DNA of 64,000 nucleotides from Limnothrix sp. BL-A-16 (GTDB lineage Bacteria > Cyanobacteriota > Cyanobacteriia > CACIAM-69d), in contig CP166615.1 of assembly GCA_041937175.2 (NCBI GenBank), positions 4,352,001 to 4,416,000 on the forward strand, in the 5' to 3' direction. This document shows positions 49,930-60,700 of the stretch, in pieces. The position numbers and the translations under genes were made by a program. Every line of letters starts with the position of its first letter. Within the stretch, counting starts at the first letter, position 1. The notes beneath the pieces were generated by a model that saw only the letters and a list, made by a program, of their open reading frames with translations, had not been told where the DNA came from and did not search any database.

Positions 49930-51228
49930 ATGTTTTCGTCTTCAGAATTTCCTGCTTCAGCGCAAGATAAAATTCAATACATCAGTTTGGCAACTTGCAA
50001 TGGCATTATCCAATGCATTTTTGCGCTAGATAGTTGTCTTAATGAGGAGCTTTTTTTCAAGAGCTTTGACTTGGTTTTAGAGTCAGAAGTGATTCTGCAA
50101 TGCCAGTGGGTAAACAATAGCGTATCACCCTACTGGTCGTTACCTGAAGAAAAACACAAAGACCGATTTAAACTACTTCAAGTGGTTGATGTGCAACAGG
50201 CGGTTGAAGAGTTTATATCTTGTTCGATCGATCCAACAACAGATAGTTTAGTTCAATTGAGAATTTTTCGACATCAAGACGAAAACGCGTTTCAAGATAC
50301 GTTTTGCCTCAAGATGTCACACATTGTTTCTGATCTCAGTGGACTCCGGTTTTTTCTTCAGTCCCTTGCTGAAACTTACGGGGTACTGCAAACCGGCCAA
50401 GAATGTGCCCCGAGTCCTGTGACCATTCGGCGCGATGGATGGCAAGTTTTTAGCAAGCTACCTCCAAAAAAAAGATGGCAATTGCTGCAAAAGGGTAAGA
50501 AAAACTTCTTAAAGCCAGGGCAATGGAAAATCCCATTTGATAACTATAATTACGAGGCTCCGACTTATACCACCTACCAATTGGGTCAGGAACAAATTGA
50601 AAGGCTGACTGAGTATGCCAAAGGGCGCGGGGCTACCTTGAATCAAGTTATGTTGACAGGTTTTTTGCGTGCCCTGCATCGATTCACGGACGCAGAACCC
50701 GATTCGTCGCTTCCGATTATCAACACCCTCGACCTTCGCCATTATCTCCGGCATGGGGATCTGCCTAAAATTTGCAATCTTTCGGTTCCGTTAGTTTCCA
50801 ACATTGATTTCAATCGAAAAGACTCTTTTGAAGACACATTATCTGGAATCAAATCAGATCTCATGAGTCAAAAAAGAACAATGCCTGGCATTTTGCCAGC
50901 AGTTTCGATGGAAGTTTTATTTCTTGCTCCGTTTTCGTGGATTAGTTGGTTATTTAATCAGGCATTTTCTCAGTTTGCTGAATCAGGAATTTGCACACCC
51001 TTATTTTCAGATGGTGGCAATGCTGACATCAGTATTCCAGGGCATCAAGTGGTTTATGCCTACGGTTTGGGGCCCATTGCTTATGCTCCAGCTTTTATGA
51101 TGACGGCTTCTACCTTTAGAAGTACTGTCACGTTTGCTGTGGGCTTCTGCGAATCTTCCATTAGTCGCAGTAATATGAACAAAATATTTGACTTGATGGC
51201 GGAGGAGTTTGCAAGCTGCACTGTCTGA
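49930..51228 (+). CDS. Stand-alone condensation-domain-like acyltransferase (HxxxD fold)
   Basis: SHIVSDLSG (HHxxxDG-like), ATLNQVML, LDLRHYL, CNLS. Confidence 0.75.
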   Translation: MFSSSEFPASAQDKIQYISLATCNGIIQCIFALDSCLNEELFFKSFDLVLESEVILQCQWVNNSVSPYWSLPEEKHKDRFKLLQVVDVQQAVEEFISCSIDPTTDSLVQLRIFRHQDENAFQDTFCLKMSHIVSDLSGLRFFLQSLAETYGVLQTGQECAPSPVTIRRDGWQVFSKLPPKKRWQLLQKGKKNFLKPGQWKIPFDNYNYEAPTYTTYQLGQEQIERLTEYAKGRGATLNQVMLTGFLRALHRFTDAEPDSSLPIINTLDLRHYLRHGDLPKICNLSVPLVSNIDFNRKDSFEDTLSGIKSDLMSQKRTMPGILPAVSMEVLFLAPFSWISWLFNQAFSQFAESGICTPLFSDGGNADISIPGHQVVYAYGLGPIAYAPAFMMTASTFRSTVTFAVGFCESSISRSNMNKIFDLMAEEFASCTV

Positions 51229-51453
51229 TTTAAACCTTTAATTTCAAGAGTTGGAATTTTTGAATTAGAGCTGTTAATGATTAGCTTGGGTCTTAATTTT
51301 ATGAATTTGACAAAATAAGAATTGTTGAGCTTTTTTAGATTCCTAATTTTAGAAATCTGTCGCTACGGACTTGTTTCTCAGATTGCTGAACTTGCTTCGT
51401 TGAACTTCCTCCATGTTACCTAAACGTCCTGATTGGCACACTGAAGGAGCGGC

Positions 51454-52326
51454 ATGATGAATTTAAATGTTGTTCTCTTTCCGGGTCAAGGATCCCAATT
51501 TTGTGGAATGGGGAGTGAACTATTTCCTCATTATCCGCAGCTTTTGCAGCAGGCAGACAATGTTCTTGGCTTTTCAGTGAAAGAGTTGTGCTTGCATGAT
51601 CCCAATGGTGATTTGAGCCGGACGGAATTTACCCAAATTGCCTTATTTGTTGTGAATGCATTGGCTTGGCAGTTCCATATTGATTCGGGTGAATTTTGGC
51701 CTAGCGCGGCTTGCGGGCATTCTTTGGGCGAATATAATGCATTATTTGCAGCGGGAGTGTTTGATTTTGAAACGGGGCTAAATTTAATTCGATATCGAGG
51801 GCAATTGATGGGCCGTCAGCAGGGCGGTGGCATGGCGGCAGTGATTGGCAGCAATGCGGAGAAAATTCGCAAAATTCTAGATGATTTTGCATTTGATACA
51901 GTTGATATTGCGAACTATAATTCGCCTCGGCAAGTGGTCATTTCAGGGCCCAAGCGCGATATTGATGATTTGGCGGCTGTGTTTGAGGAAATCCCAGACA
52001 CGAGATATGTGGTGTTGAATGTTAGCGGGGCTTTTCACTCGCGTTACATGCAAGAAGCGGCGCGGGAGTTTGGAGAATTTATCCGAACCATGAATTTTCG
52101 TGCTCCGCGATTTTCGGTGATTGCTAACACTTCAGCGCAGCCGTATACGCTGGAGAATGTGGTTGAGAATTTAACGCAACAAATTGCAAGTCCGGTGCGC
52201 TGGACAGAGACGATCGCCCATTTGTGCGATCGGGGAAAATGCACGTTTCAAGAATTAGGAGTGGGCAACACACTAACCCGATTGCTATATCAAATCTCTC
52301 CAGATTTGGTTCCCGAAAAGGTTTAA
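51454..52326 (+). CDS. Trans-acting malonyl-CoA:ACP acyltransferase (FabD/PksC-like)
   Basis: FPGQGSQ, GHSLGEY, R in RYRG, ANYN, SGAFHS (malonyl-type), PVRW. Confidence 0.92.
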   Translation: MMNLNVVLFPGQGSQFCGMGSELFPHYPQLLQQADNVLGFSVKELCLHDPNGDLSRTEFTQIALFVVNALAWQFHIDSGEFWPSAACGHSLGEYNALFAAGVFDFETGLNLIRYRGQLMGRQQGGGMAAVIGSNAEKIRKILDDFAFDTVDIANYNSPRQVVISGPKRDIDDLAAVFEEIPDTRYVVLNVSGAFHSRYMQEAAREFGEFIRTMNFRAPRFSVIANTSAQPYTLENVVENLTQQIASPVRWTETIAHLCDRGKCTFQELGVGNTLTRLLYQISPDLVPEKV

Positions 52327-52380
52327 GAGAAATTTAAAAGCGCAAGTTGCAAGCTCAGTTGAAGACTAGGAGTTGAAGCC

Positions 52381-53370
52381 ATGGCTGCGAAGGTTGTCTT
52401 CATGTTTCCTGGTCAGGGATCGCAGTATATGGAAATGGGACAGGAGCTATATCGCTGTAATCCTGTTTTCCAGAACTGCATGAATGAATTTTCTGAAGCA
52501 GCGTTGCCGCTTTTGGGCATTCATTTGGCCGCTGAGCTGTTTGCTGACTCGCAAACGGCGCTGACAGAAGATTCAAAACTACTTTTGTATACGCGATACA
52601 GTAATCCGCTGCTATTTACGTTTAACTATGCGGTGGCAGCGACGATCGAGTCGATGGGTGTTATTCCTGACTTGGTTTTGGGATATAGCCTCGGAGAGTT
52701 GACGGCAGCAGCCTACAGCGGTGTGGTGGATCGCTTTCAATTGCTGGTTACTTTAATTCGCGCGTCCTTCGCCTTTGAATCCTACACACCGGTTGGGGGA
52801 ATGCTAGCCATTTTGGATGGGTTAAATCTCTGGCATCAACATCCCGATTGGTTTCAAGATACTGCTTTGGCTAGTATTAATTGCAGCCAAAGTTTTGTGG
52901 TCAGTGGTCGATCGAGCAGCCTCGATCGGCTAGAGCAAATTTTGCAGAGTCAATCGGTGTTGTTTCAGCGCTTGCCGGTGATCCAAGCATTTCATTCCCC
53001 TTGGATTGATTCAGCCCAAGAGATTATTTCTCGAGAATTCGATCGCTTACCCCAGCTCCAAACCGGTCGCTTTTGGCGTTATGGGTGTGGCGATCGCGCT
53101 GATGATCCGCAACCAGCTCAGTCGGTGCGTACTTTCTGGGAGGCATTCCGTAATCCCATTAACTTTGAAAAGGCGTTGCGAGGCTTGGAATCAATGGGAA
53201 CCAATCTTTATCTAGATGTGGGATCAAATGGCACTTTGGCTGGGTTTGTGCGGGTAATTTTGAACTCATCTTCTCCCTCAAAAGGTGTTGCAGTGATGGA
53301 TCGCTTTGGACAAAATGTGCAATCGCTTGAGCGAGCCATAAATTTAGCGAAAAAATGGCATTCAGATTAA
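52381..53370 (+). CDS. Second AT-fold enzyme, probable proofreading acyl hydrolase (PksD/PedC-like)
   Basis: FPGQGSQY, GYSLGE, QAFHS; appears to lack the malonyl-binding Arg context; paired with the AT as in trans-AT clusters. Confidence 0.75.
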   Translation: MAAKVVFMFPGQGSQYMEMGQELYRCNPVFQNCMNEFSEAALPLLGIHLAAELFADSQTALTEDSKLLLYTRYSNPLLFTFNYAVAATIESMGVIPDLVLGYSLGELTAAAYSGVVDRFQLLVTLIRASFAFESYTPVGGMLAILDGLNLWHQHPDWFQDTALASINCSQSFVVSGRSSSLDRLEQILQSQSVLFQRLPVIQAFHSPWIDSAQEIISREFDRLPQLQTGRFWRYGCGDRADDPQPAQSVRTFWEAFRNPINFEKALRGLESMGTNLYLDVGSNGTLAGFVRVILNSSSPSKGVAVMDRFGQNVQSLERAINLAKKWHSD

Positions 53371-53636
53371 GTGCTCAATTGGTCTTTAATTAGGCTTTGA
53401 AATTCAGGACTCTAAATCCAACATCAAATTCAGCACCTCGATCAAGCTCTCCGGTTCAATCAAATTCTCAAGTTGATTGTTCTAAGTTAAGCTTCCAAGT
53501 TGAACTACCAAATTAGGTTTCTAGTTTCAGATTAAATCAATGAGCAAACGGAATCTAGAAATTAGGTTAGAGAATGTCTAAAAAGCGAGAACTACTACCT
53601 TTTGGGTTACACCGATCGACAAAGACAAGGGGCTTA

Positions 53637-53774
53637 GGGCTTGTCGTCGTTGAACCCGAAACCCTAGATCTGCCGTGGATCGTGGGGGACAAGGGGCTTG
53701 AGCATCTTGTTACGACGATTAGGGTACGGAAGATCAGCCGTTTCAGTATCACCTCGAAAAATGACGACACCCCC
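53637..53774. mobile_element. MITE-like element (138 bp) with TA duplication, inside the PKS cluster
   Basis: CAAGGGGCT|TA|GGGCTTGTCGTC...GACGACACCCCC|TA|AGCCCCT; close to the 27.9 kb copy. Confidence 0.75.
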
Positions 53775-53938
53775 TAAGCCCCTCGCCCCTAAGGCTACTA
53801 GCACCTTTTCAACTAGCCCAAGTTACTTTTCAAGCATCTTCTTAGGTCAATCAAATTAGATCAATCGAAATAATTTCATGAAAATTCTGGGCAAACGAAA
53901 CGCTGAATCAAAGCCGAATTAAAACAGGGGCTGGCACC

Positions 53939-54688
53939 ATGCGATCGATTACTTGCCGATTTGAGTGTGTGAACATTGCCAACTACGTTGACGTTGCACC
54001 CTATCGATCGCAACTGCTCTCGCCTGCGGAGTTGGACTATTTTGAAAAGCTGCCTGTTTTGAGGCGGCGGATGTCGTACTTGATGGGGCGAATGGCGGCC
54101 AAAGGGGCTTTGGTTCAATTAATTGGGGATTGTGACTATCGATCGATCTCCATCGAACCAGGTAGCTTTGGGCAGCCGGTGGTGCGGTATGGAGGGCAGG
54201 AGCCGTTTGAAGTGAGCATCGCCCACGATTCTGGCCAGGCCGTCGCGGTGGCTTTTGAGGCGGGCTACCCCGTGGGCATTGATGTGGAGACCTTTAATCC
54301 CGCGCTTTATCAAACTTTGATTGATGCGGTTCCAGATTCCGAAAAAAGCTGGTGTGACAGAACCTTTCATCAATATCCTCAATATCCCCAGCGGCTATTG
54401 GCCCTTTGGACTTTAAAAGAAGCCCTATCAAAAGTGTTGCGCTGCGGCATGACTGTGCCGATGGAGCTGTTGTCGATCGCGGATTTGCAATGCATTTTCC
54501 CCAATCACTATCGAGCCAGCTTTCGGCACTTTGCCCAATATCAAGCTCACCTGTGGATTGCTGATCAAACCGTGCTTTCGGTGGTCTTTCCGCGACAAAC
54601 GGAAATTAATTTCGATCCTTTTCAACAATCATGGTTTAGCCAAAATGCTCTCCATCCAATGGTTGACTCATTCGACTTGGCGGGATGA
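53939..54688 (+). CDS. Sfp-type 4'-phosphopantetheinyl transferase
   Basis: GRMAAK, FGQP, VSIAH, VGIDVE, WTLKEALSK. Confidence 0.9.
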   Translation: MRSITCRFECVNIANYVDVAPYRSQLLSPAELDYFEKLPVLRRRMSYLMGRMAAKGALVQLIGDCDYRSISIEPGSFGQPVVRYGGQEPFEVSIAHDSGQAVAVAFEAGYPVGIDVETFNPALYQTLIDAVPDSEKSWCDRTFHQYPQYPQRLLALWTLKEALSKVLRCGMTVPMELLSIADLQCIFPNHYRASFRHFAQYQAHLWIADQTVLSVVFPRQTEINFDPFQQSWFSQNALHPMVDSFDLAG

Positions 54689-54772
54689 GTTGGCAGCCTC
54701 ATCCCAATCGCCCTAATCGCTTCAGTAATGACTGCCTCACGAAAAATTAAAGCTGATTTGAGATACCCCACC

Positions 54773-57700
54773 ATGACTCAAGATATCGCTGTAATTGGTT
54801 TGGCTGGTCGCTTTCCTGGGGCGGCGGATATTGATGAATTTTGGGGCAATTTGGCGGCAGGGGTGAACTCGATCGGGGAAATTCCGCCCGATCGCTGGGA
54901 TCACCAAGCCTACCGCGAACAAACGGGCAATAAATGGGGCGGTTTCCTAAAGGATTGGCGATCGTTTGATGCGGGATTTTTTGCCATTTCCCCCCGAGAA
55001 GCCAAGTACATGGATCCTCAACAGCGGTTGCTATTGGAGGTGGCTTGGCATTGCGTGGAAGAAGCCGGCCTGTCCTTAGCCTCGCTCCGTCAGCAGCCAA
55101 CAGGGGTCTATCTGGGTGCGATGACCATGGACTATTGGCAAGTCACGACGGATCCTCAGGTGGAAATTGATGGGTTTTCGGGGCTAGGCAGCTACAGTTG
55201 CATTCTGTCGAATCGGCTGTCCCATGTGTTGGGTCTCAGCGGCCCGAGCTTGACCCTGGACACGGCCTGCTCTTCGTCTTTGGTGGCCATCCATTTGGCT
55301 CGGCAGGCGTTGCTATCGGGTGAATGTGAATTGGCCTTTGCGGGTGGGGTGACCCTCAACCATCGTCCTTGGAAGCATCTGTCATTTTCCCGCGCAAGGA
55401 TGCTGAGTCCAACGGGTCAATGCCGCACGTTTGATGCTCAGGCCGATGGCTATGTGCCCGGCGAAGGCTGTGGGGTGCTGTTGCTTCAGCCCCTGGAACG
55501 GGCGATCGCCCAGAATCGCCGGATCTTTGGGGTGATTCGGGGCAGCGCCGTGAACCATTCGGCGGTGGGTGAGTCGATCACAGCCCCCAACGTGGGACGA
55601 CAGGCCCGACTGTTGAAGGCGGCCTACGCCGATGCCCAAGTGGATCCGGCCACGGTGACCTATGTGGAAGCCCATGGCACGGGAACTTCCCTGGGTGACC
55701 CGATCGAGATGGAGGCCCTTTCCCAGGCCTTCCGCACCACGGCCAAGGCGATCGGCTATTGCCAGGTGGGTTCCGTGAAAACCAACATCGGCCATTTGGA
55801 AGCGGCGGCGGGAATTGCCGGGGTGATCAAGGTCTTGATGATGTTGCAGCATCGCCAGATTCCCGCCAGCTTGAACTTAACGACTCCCAACCCGCTCATC
55901 GACTTCACCACCTCTCCCTTTGTGCCAGCGGTGGCGCTTGGTTCCTGGGAACCGGCGGCGGTGGATTTGCCGTTGCGAGCGGGGGTGAGTTCCTTCGGCT
56001 TTGGGGGCAGCAATGCCCACTTGGTGTTGGAAGAGCCGCCCCGGTTGCCCGTTGTGGCCGAGGGCGCTGGATCGCCGTTGGCGTTGGCGACAGGGGATCC
56101 GGGCCAAGGGGCCCCGGAGATGGGCGATCGGGCAACGGCCGTGATTCCCTTCCTGTTGTCTGCCAAATCAGCACGTAGCTTGGCCGCCTTGGTGGCTCAG
56201 TGGGGCCAGGAAGGGGCGCAACGGGTGGCCGCAGCCGACTTGGGGACGATCGCGGCGAACCTGGCCCTGGGGCGCGAGAGTTTGCCTTGGCGATTTGGTT
56301 GTTTGGCCAGCAGTTGGGCCGATGTGCAGCGGGCGTTGGCGCAATTTGAGCTGCCGTCTCAACCCGTGGCGGCGACGGTGGAAACGCCTTCGGAGGCGCG
56401 ATCGACCTTGGGCCGGCTGGTGCAAGATCCCGAGGCGTTCAAGGCCCTTTGGGCATCGGTGGCGTTGCCGGAGGCCGATTGGGAATCGGTGTTGCAGGTG
56501 GCCCGCACCCTGTGGCGACGGCAAATGACCTTTACGCGCTTTGTGGAAACCTGGCGGCAACCGTTGGCGCAGGCGGGCATTGACCTTGATTCAGTGTTGC
56601 AAGCTCCATTGCAATCAGAATCCTCATCCCCATTGCGATCGGCGGTACTGCAATCGGACTCACTGCGATCGAACGCACCTCACCCAGAGCATCGAATTTT
56701 GGTGTTTGTGGCAATTCGCAGCAGCTTGGCTCGCCTGTGCCAAAAGTGGGATTTGACCGATCGCTATCCCACGGGGTCGGCGGCCTTGGCGGAATTGGCG
56801 CGGGCCTTCACGGTGGGGGTGCTGGATCCGGCCATGGATTGGCCGGTTTTGCTGTCGGGATTGCTGCCCGATCGCCCGCGATCGGTGGCAGAGTTGCCCG
56901 AGGCGCTGGCTCCCGAGGATGGGGGAAGTTCGGTGCAGTCGGCCCTGGCGGCCTGGCTGGCGGGCCGCCCGGTGGATTGGTCAGCCCATTTCCCGGCCAC
57001 CTATCCCAAATTGTCCCTGCCGCGCTATCCCTTCGATCGCCAGTTGTATTGGCTCTTTCCCAAAACATCCGAGGGCGATCGGCCGGCTCCGTTGCCCGCT
57101 GCCACGGCGGCCCGTGAGGTGCTGCCCTCCTCCGGGGCCTCGTCGGAGCGCTGGGAACAGGTGTTTCCCGAAACAGATTTGGTGCTGCGATCGCACTTTT
57201 TAAATGGGCGCTGGATTTTGCCCGCCGCCAGCTTCATTGGCTTGGCCTGGGATGCGGTGACCCGATCGCTGGGGCGATCGCCCGGATTGCTAACAGAGAT
57301 TACCTTGCACCAGGCCGTGGCCTTGGGGGTGGGGGATGCGGAGGCCGTGACCTTGGGGGCCCAGGTGGAGTTGCCGAATCGGGTTCAGGTTTGGCAGCGC
57401 GATCGCCTGATTTTGAGCGCCACCTTTACGGATTCATCCTCAGAGTTGCCCCTCGATCAAGTGGCCGGGCGATCGCCGGATTCCCACGCGGTGGGCCGTG
57501 ATGGGGTGGGCGAGATTTCGGGAACGGCCATTTATGCCGCCTTGCGATCGCGCGGCTATCAGTATGGAAGAGCCTTGCAGGTGATCCATCAGGCCCAAAT
57601 CACCGATGAAGTAGCTACCTTCCAACTGCAAGCCCCCAATCGCACCGCCTTCTTGGATGGGATTTTGCAAGCGGCCGTGTATTTACACCAGCAATGGTTT

Positions 57701-60700
57701 GCGGAACGGGGCGGCGATCCTCGAGATTTTGTTGTGCCGGGGCAAGTGGTGGGCTGTTGGTGGGGATCCCAGTTGCAAGCCCAGTGGGAATCGTCATCCG
57801 CTTCAGCAATTTCCCCCACAGCATCGCCCGATCGATCCGCCGATCTGGAGACTGGCGAGCCTTCATCCTGGGTCACCGTGCGGTTTGAGCGCCAACAATG
57901 CCGGGCCCAGGCCACCGAAAGCCAGTTTTCGGCGATCGCGATCGGGACGGATGGCCGCCCCCTGGCCATGATTCGGGAGTTAACCCTGGCGGCGGCCCCC
58001 TTGCTTGCGCCGGAGGTGTCCTACTTTGAAACCGACTGGACTGTTTTGCCCGCCGCCACTGCATCCCCAACTCAGGCCACTGCCGCGCCGACGATCATCT
58101 TTGCCCAGGGGGCTGCTTGGGGCTTGGCCTTACGCCAACGGCTGCGATCGCAGGGAATTGAGGCTCAGTTGTGCCTAGCCGGTTCAACCTTTGAGGTTTT
58201 GGGCGATCGGGTTTGCCAGTGGGATTGGACAGATCCAGACCAAGTGCGCCAGGGCCTGACGCATCTGTTGGCTCCCGAGCAATTCCGGGCGATCGCAGGG
58301 GCCGACGCGATCGACTCGCCTCTTTCTCCAACCCTGGTCTATTGGGTCACGGCTCCCCCGGCGGCGGGGTCAGGTCATGGACTCCGGGGCGATCGGGATT
58401 GGGTCACCCAAGCCGAAGCCGATTTGAACCAGGGCGTGCGTGGTTGTTTTCTGTTCTTGCAGCGGTGGGCGAAAGTGCGCCCCGCCGATCCGCTCCAGCT
58501 TTTGGCCGTGACCTTTGATGCCCAAGCTGTGACCCCGAGCGATCGGGTTTTGGGGTTTGCCACGGCGGGGATTGATGCCTTGGGGCGCACGGTGGCCCTG
58601 GAGTTGCCCCAAATCCGCCTGAAATCCCTGGACTTGGCGTTGGGACTAACCGTTGGGGAAGCCAGCGCCATGATCGCGGCGGAAGCGGCGACCCCTTGGG
58701 AGCATGATCGCGTGGCCTATCGCGGGGGCGATCGCTATGGGGCCGAGTTGCGGGCAGTGGCCCCCGGATCTGCGCCTCCCTTGCCGGTTTCAGTCCTGGA
58801 GCCGGGATCTTGCATTTTAATCACCGGTGGGAGTGGGGCCTTGGCCGCAGAGGTGGCCGAGGCGATCGCGCTGCAAACGGCCGTTCATTTTCTGCTGGTG
58901 GGTCGATCACCCCGCCGGGCCCAAACTGACCAACTGATCGCCCTGCTGGAATCCTTGGGATCCACGGCGGATTATTTGCAAGTAGACCTGTGCCAAGAAG
59001 CCGACCTCGATCGACTCACAGAGACCCTGAAAACCACCCACCGCGCCATTCACGGCGTGATTCATACGGCTGGGCAATTAGACGATCGGCTGTTCCATGC
59101 CCAAACCCTCGCCTCCCTCGATCGGCTGATTGCTCCCAAGTTCCTTGGGGCCTTGCGCTTGGAACAACGGTTGCAGGATCAGCCCGTGGCCTTTTGGTTG
59201 GGATTTTCCTCAATCACCGTGGCGGCCGGCAACCCTGGACAGGCGAACTACGTGGTGGCGAATCGGCTGCTGGAAGCCTTTTGTGCTTACCGCGATCGCC
59301 ATTGGCCCGGACGCGCCGGGGCGATTCAGTGGGGCCTGTGGCGATCGCGCGGCATGGGAGCCACCGACATGCTGGCCGAGCGGTTCCAGCGATCGGGCAT
59401 GGAACCCTTTAGCGCGGCAGCCGGTCGGTTTGCCTTCCTTGATGTGCTGACCAGCGATCGCCCTCAGCCCGTCCTGGTCACCGGTAAAGGCACGGACGCA
59501 ACCATCTTTGAGCGCTTCTCCCGATCGCGCCCCGCTCCGAATGTGGCCCCAGCCTTGCCTGCTCCCCTGACCCCGGCGGCGATCGCCCCATCTGCTCCGC
59601 CGCCCCAGCCCACCCCCTCGATCGCCACCATCGAGCAAGAATTGGCCGCCCTGGTTGCCCGCACCCTGAACACCGATCCCCAATCCGTGCCCCGTCAGGA
59701 AGGGTTTTTCAGCCTGGGTCTGGAGTCCTTGATGATTGAGGAAATTGTGGCAACCCTCGAAAAGCAATATTCCGGCCTGCGGCCCACCGTCCTGTTTGAC
59801 TATCCGAACATCAAAGTGCTGGCCACCCACCTGGCCCAGCTAACCGCGCCCGCTGGATCCACCACCGCGCCGGCCACTCCATCTCCGGCGGCCCCCTCTC
59901 CATTGGCCTCAGTTCCTAGCCCGGTCGCGCCAGCCCCAACCCAGGTCACCCGATCGCCCAATCCTGTACCCTTCCTGGGGCCGCAAGCTTTGGCCGCCAA
60001 AGCTCCCGATCTCAAGACTTCCGATATTCAAGCTCCTGAGGTGAAGGCCCCTGAGGCGAAGGTTCCTGACACCGGAGCCACCAACACTCAGGCCCCCATC
60101 CCCCAAACCCAGAGCCTGGAGTTGCCCGATCGGCAGCGGCCCCCCGGTGGCTATGACATCGCGATTATTGGGATCGATGGTTGCTATCCCCAGTCTCCTG
60201 ACCTGGAGACCTTTTGGCAAAACCTGTATCAAGGGCGATCGTGCGTCACGGAAGTGCCCGCCAACCGTTGGGATTACCAGCCGTACTTTGCGGAAACCAA
60301 ACAGCCCAATCGCACCTATGGCAAGTGGGGCGGCTTTATCCCGGGGGTTGAAGAATTTGACCCGCTGTTTTTTAACATTGCGCCCAAGGAAGCCAAGCAA
60401 ATTGACCCCCAAGCGCGGCTGTTTCTCCAGTCGGTTTGGCACACGATGGAAAATGCGGGCTATGGCAGCCGTCAATCGCGCCGGGGAGAACGGGTTGGCC
60501 TCTTTGTTGGGGCCATGTGGCACGACTATTCCCACGTGGCGCGGGATTTAAGTTGGAGTGCCGATCAGCCCAGTGGCGCTGGGGCCTTGTTTTGGATTAT
60601 TGCCAACCGGGTTTCCCATTTCCTGGATTTCACGGGGCCCAGTTTGGCGATCGATACCGCTTGTTCTTCGTCCCTGACGGCGATTCACTTGGCTTGCCAG

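Noticed and set aside
56380..56990. Region between KS1 and DH as a cis-AT domain
   Set aside because: Too short and lacks GHSxG and the AFH/YASH motif; best read as a flanking subdomain or AT remnant
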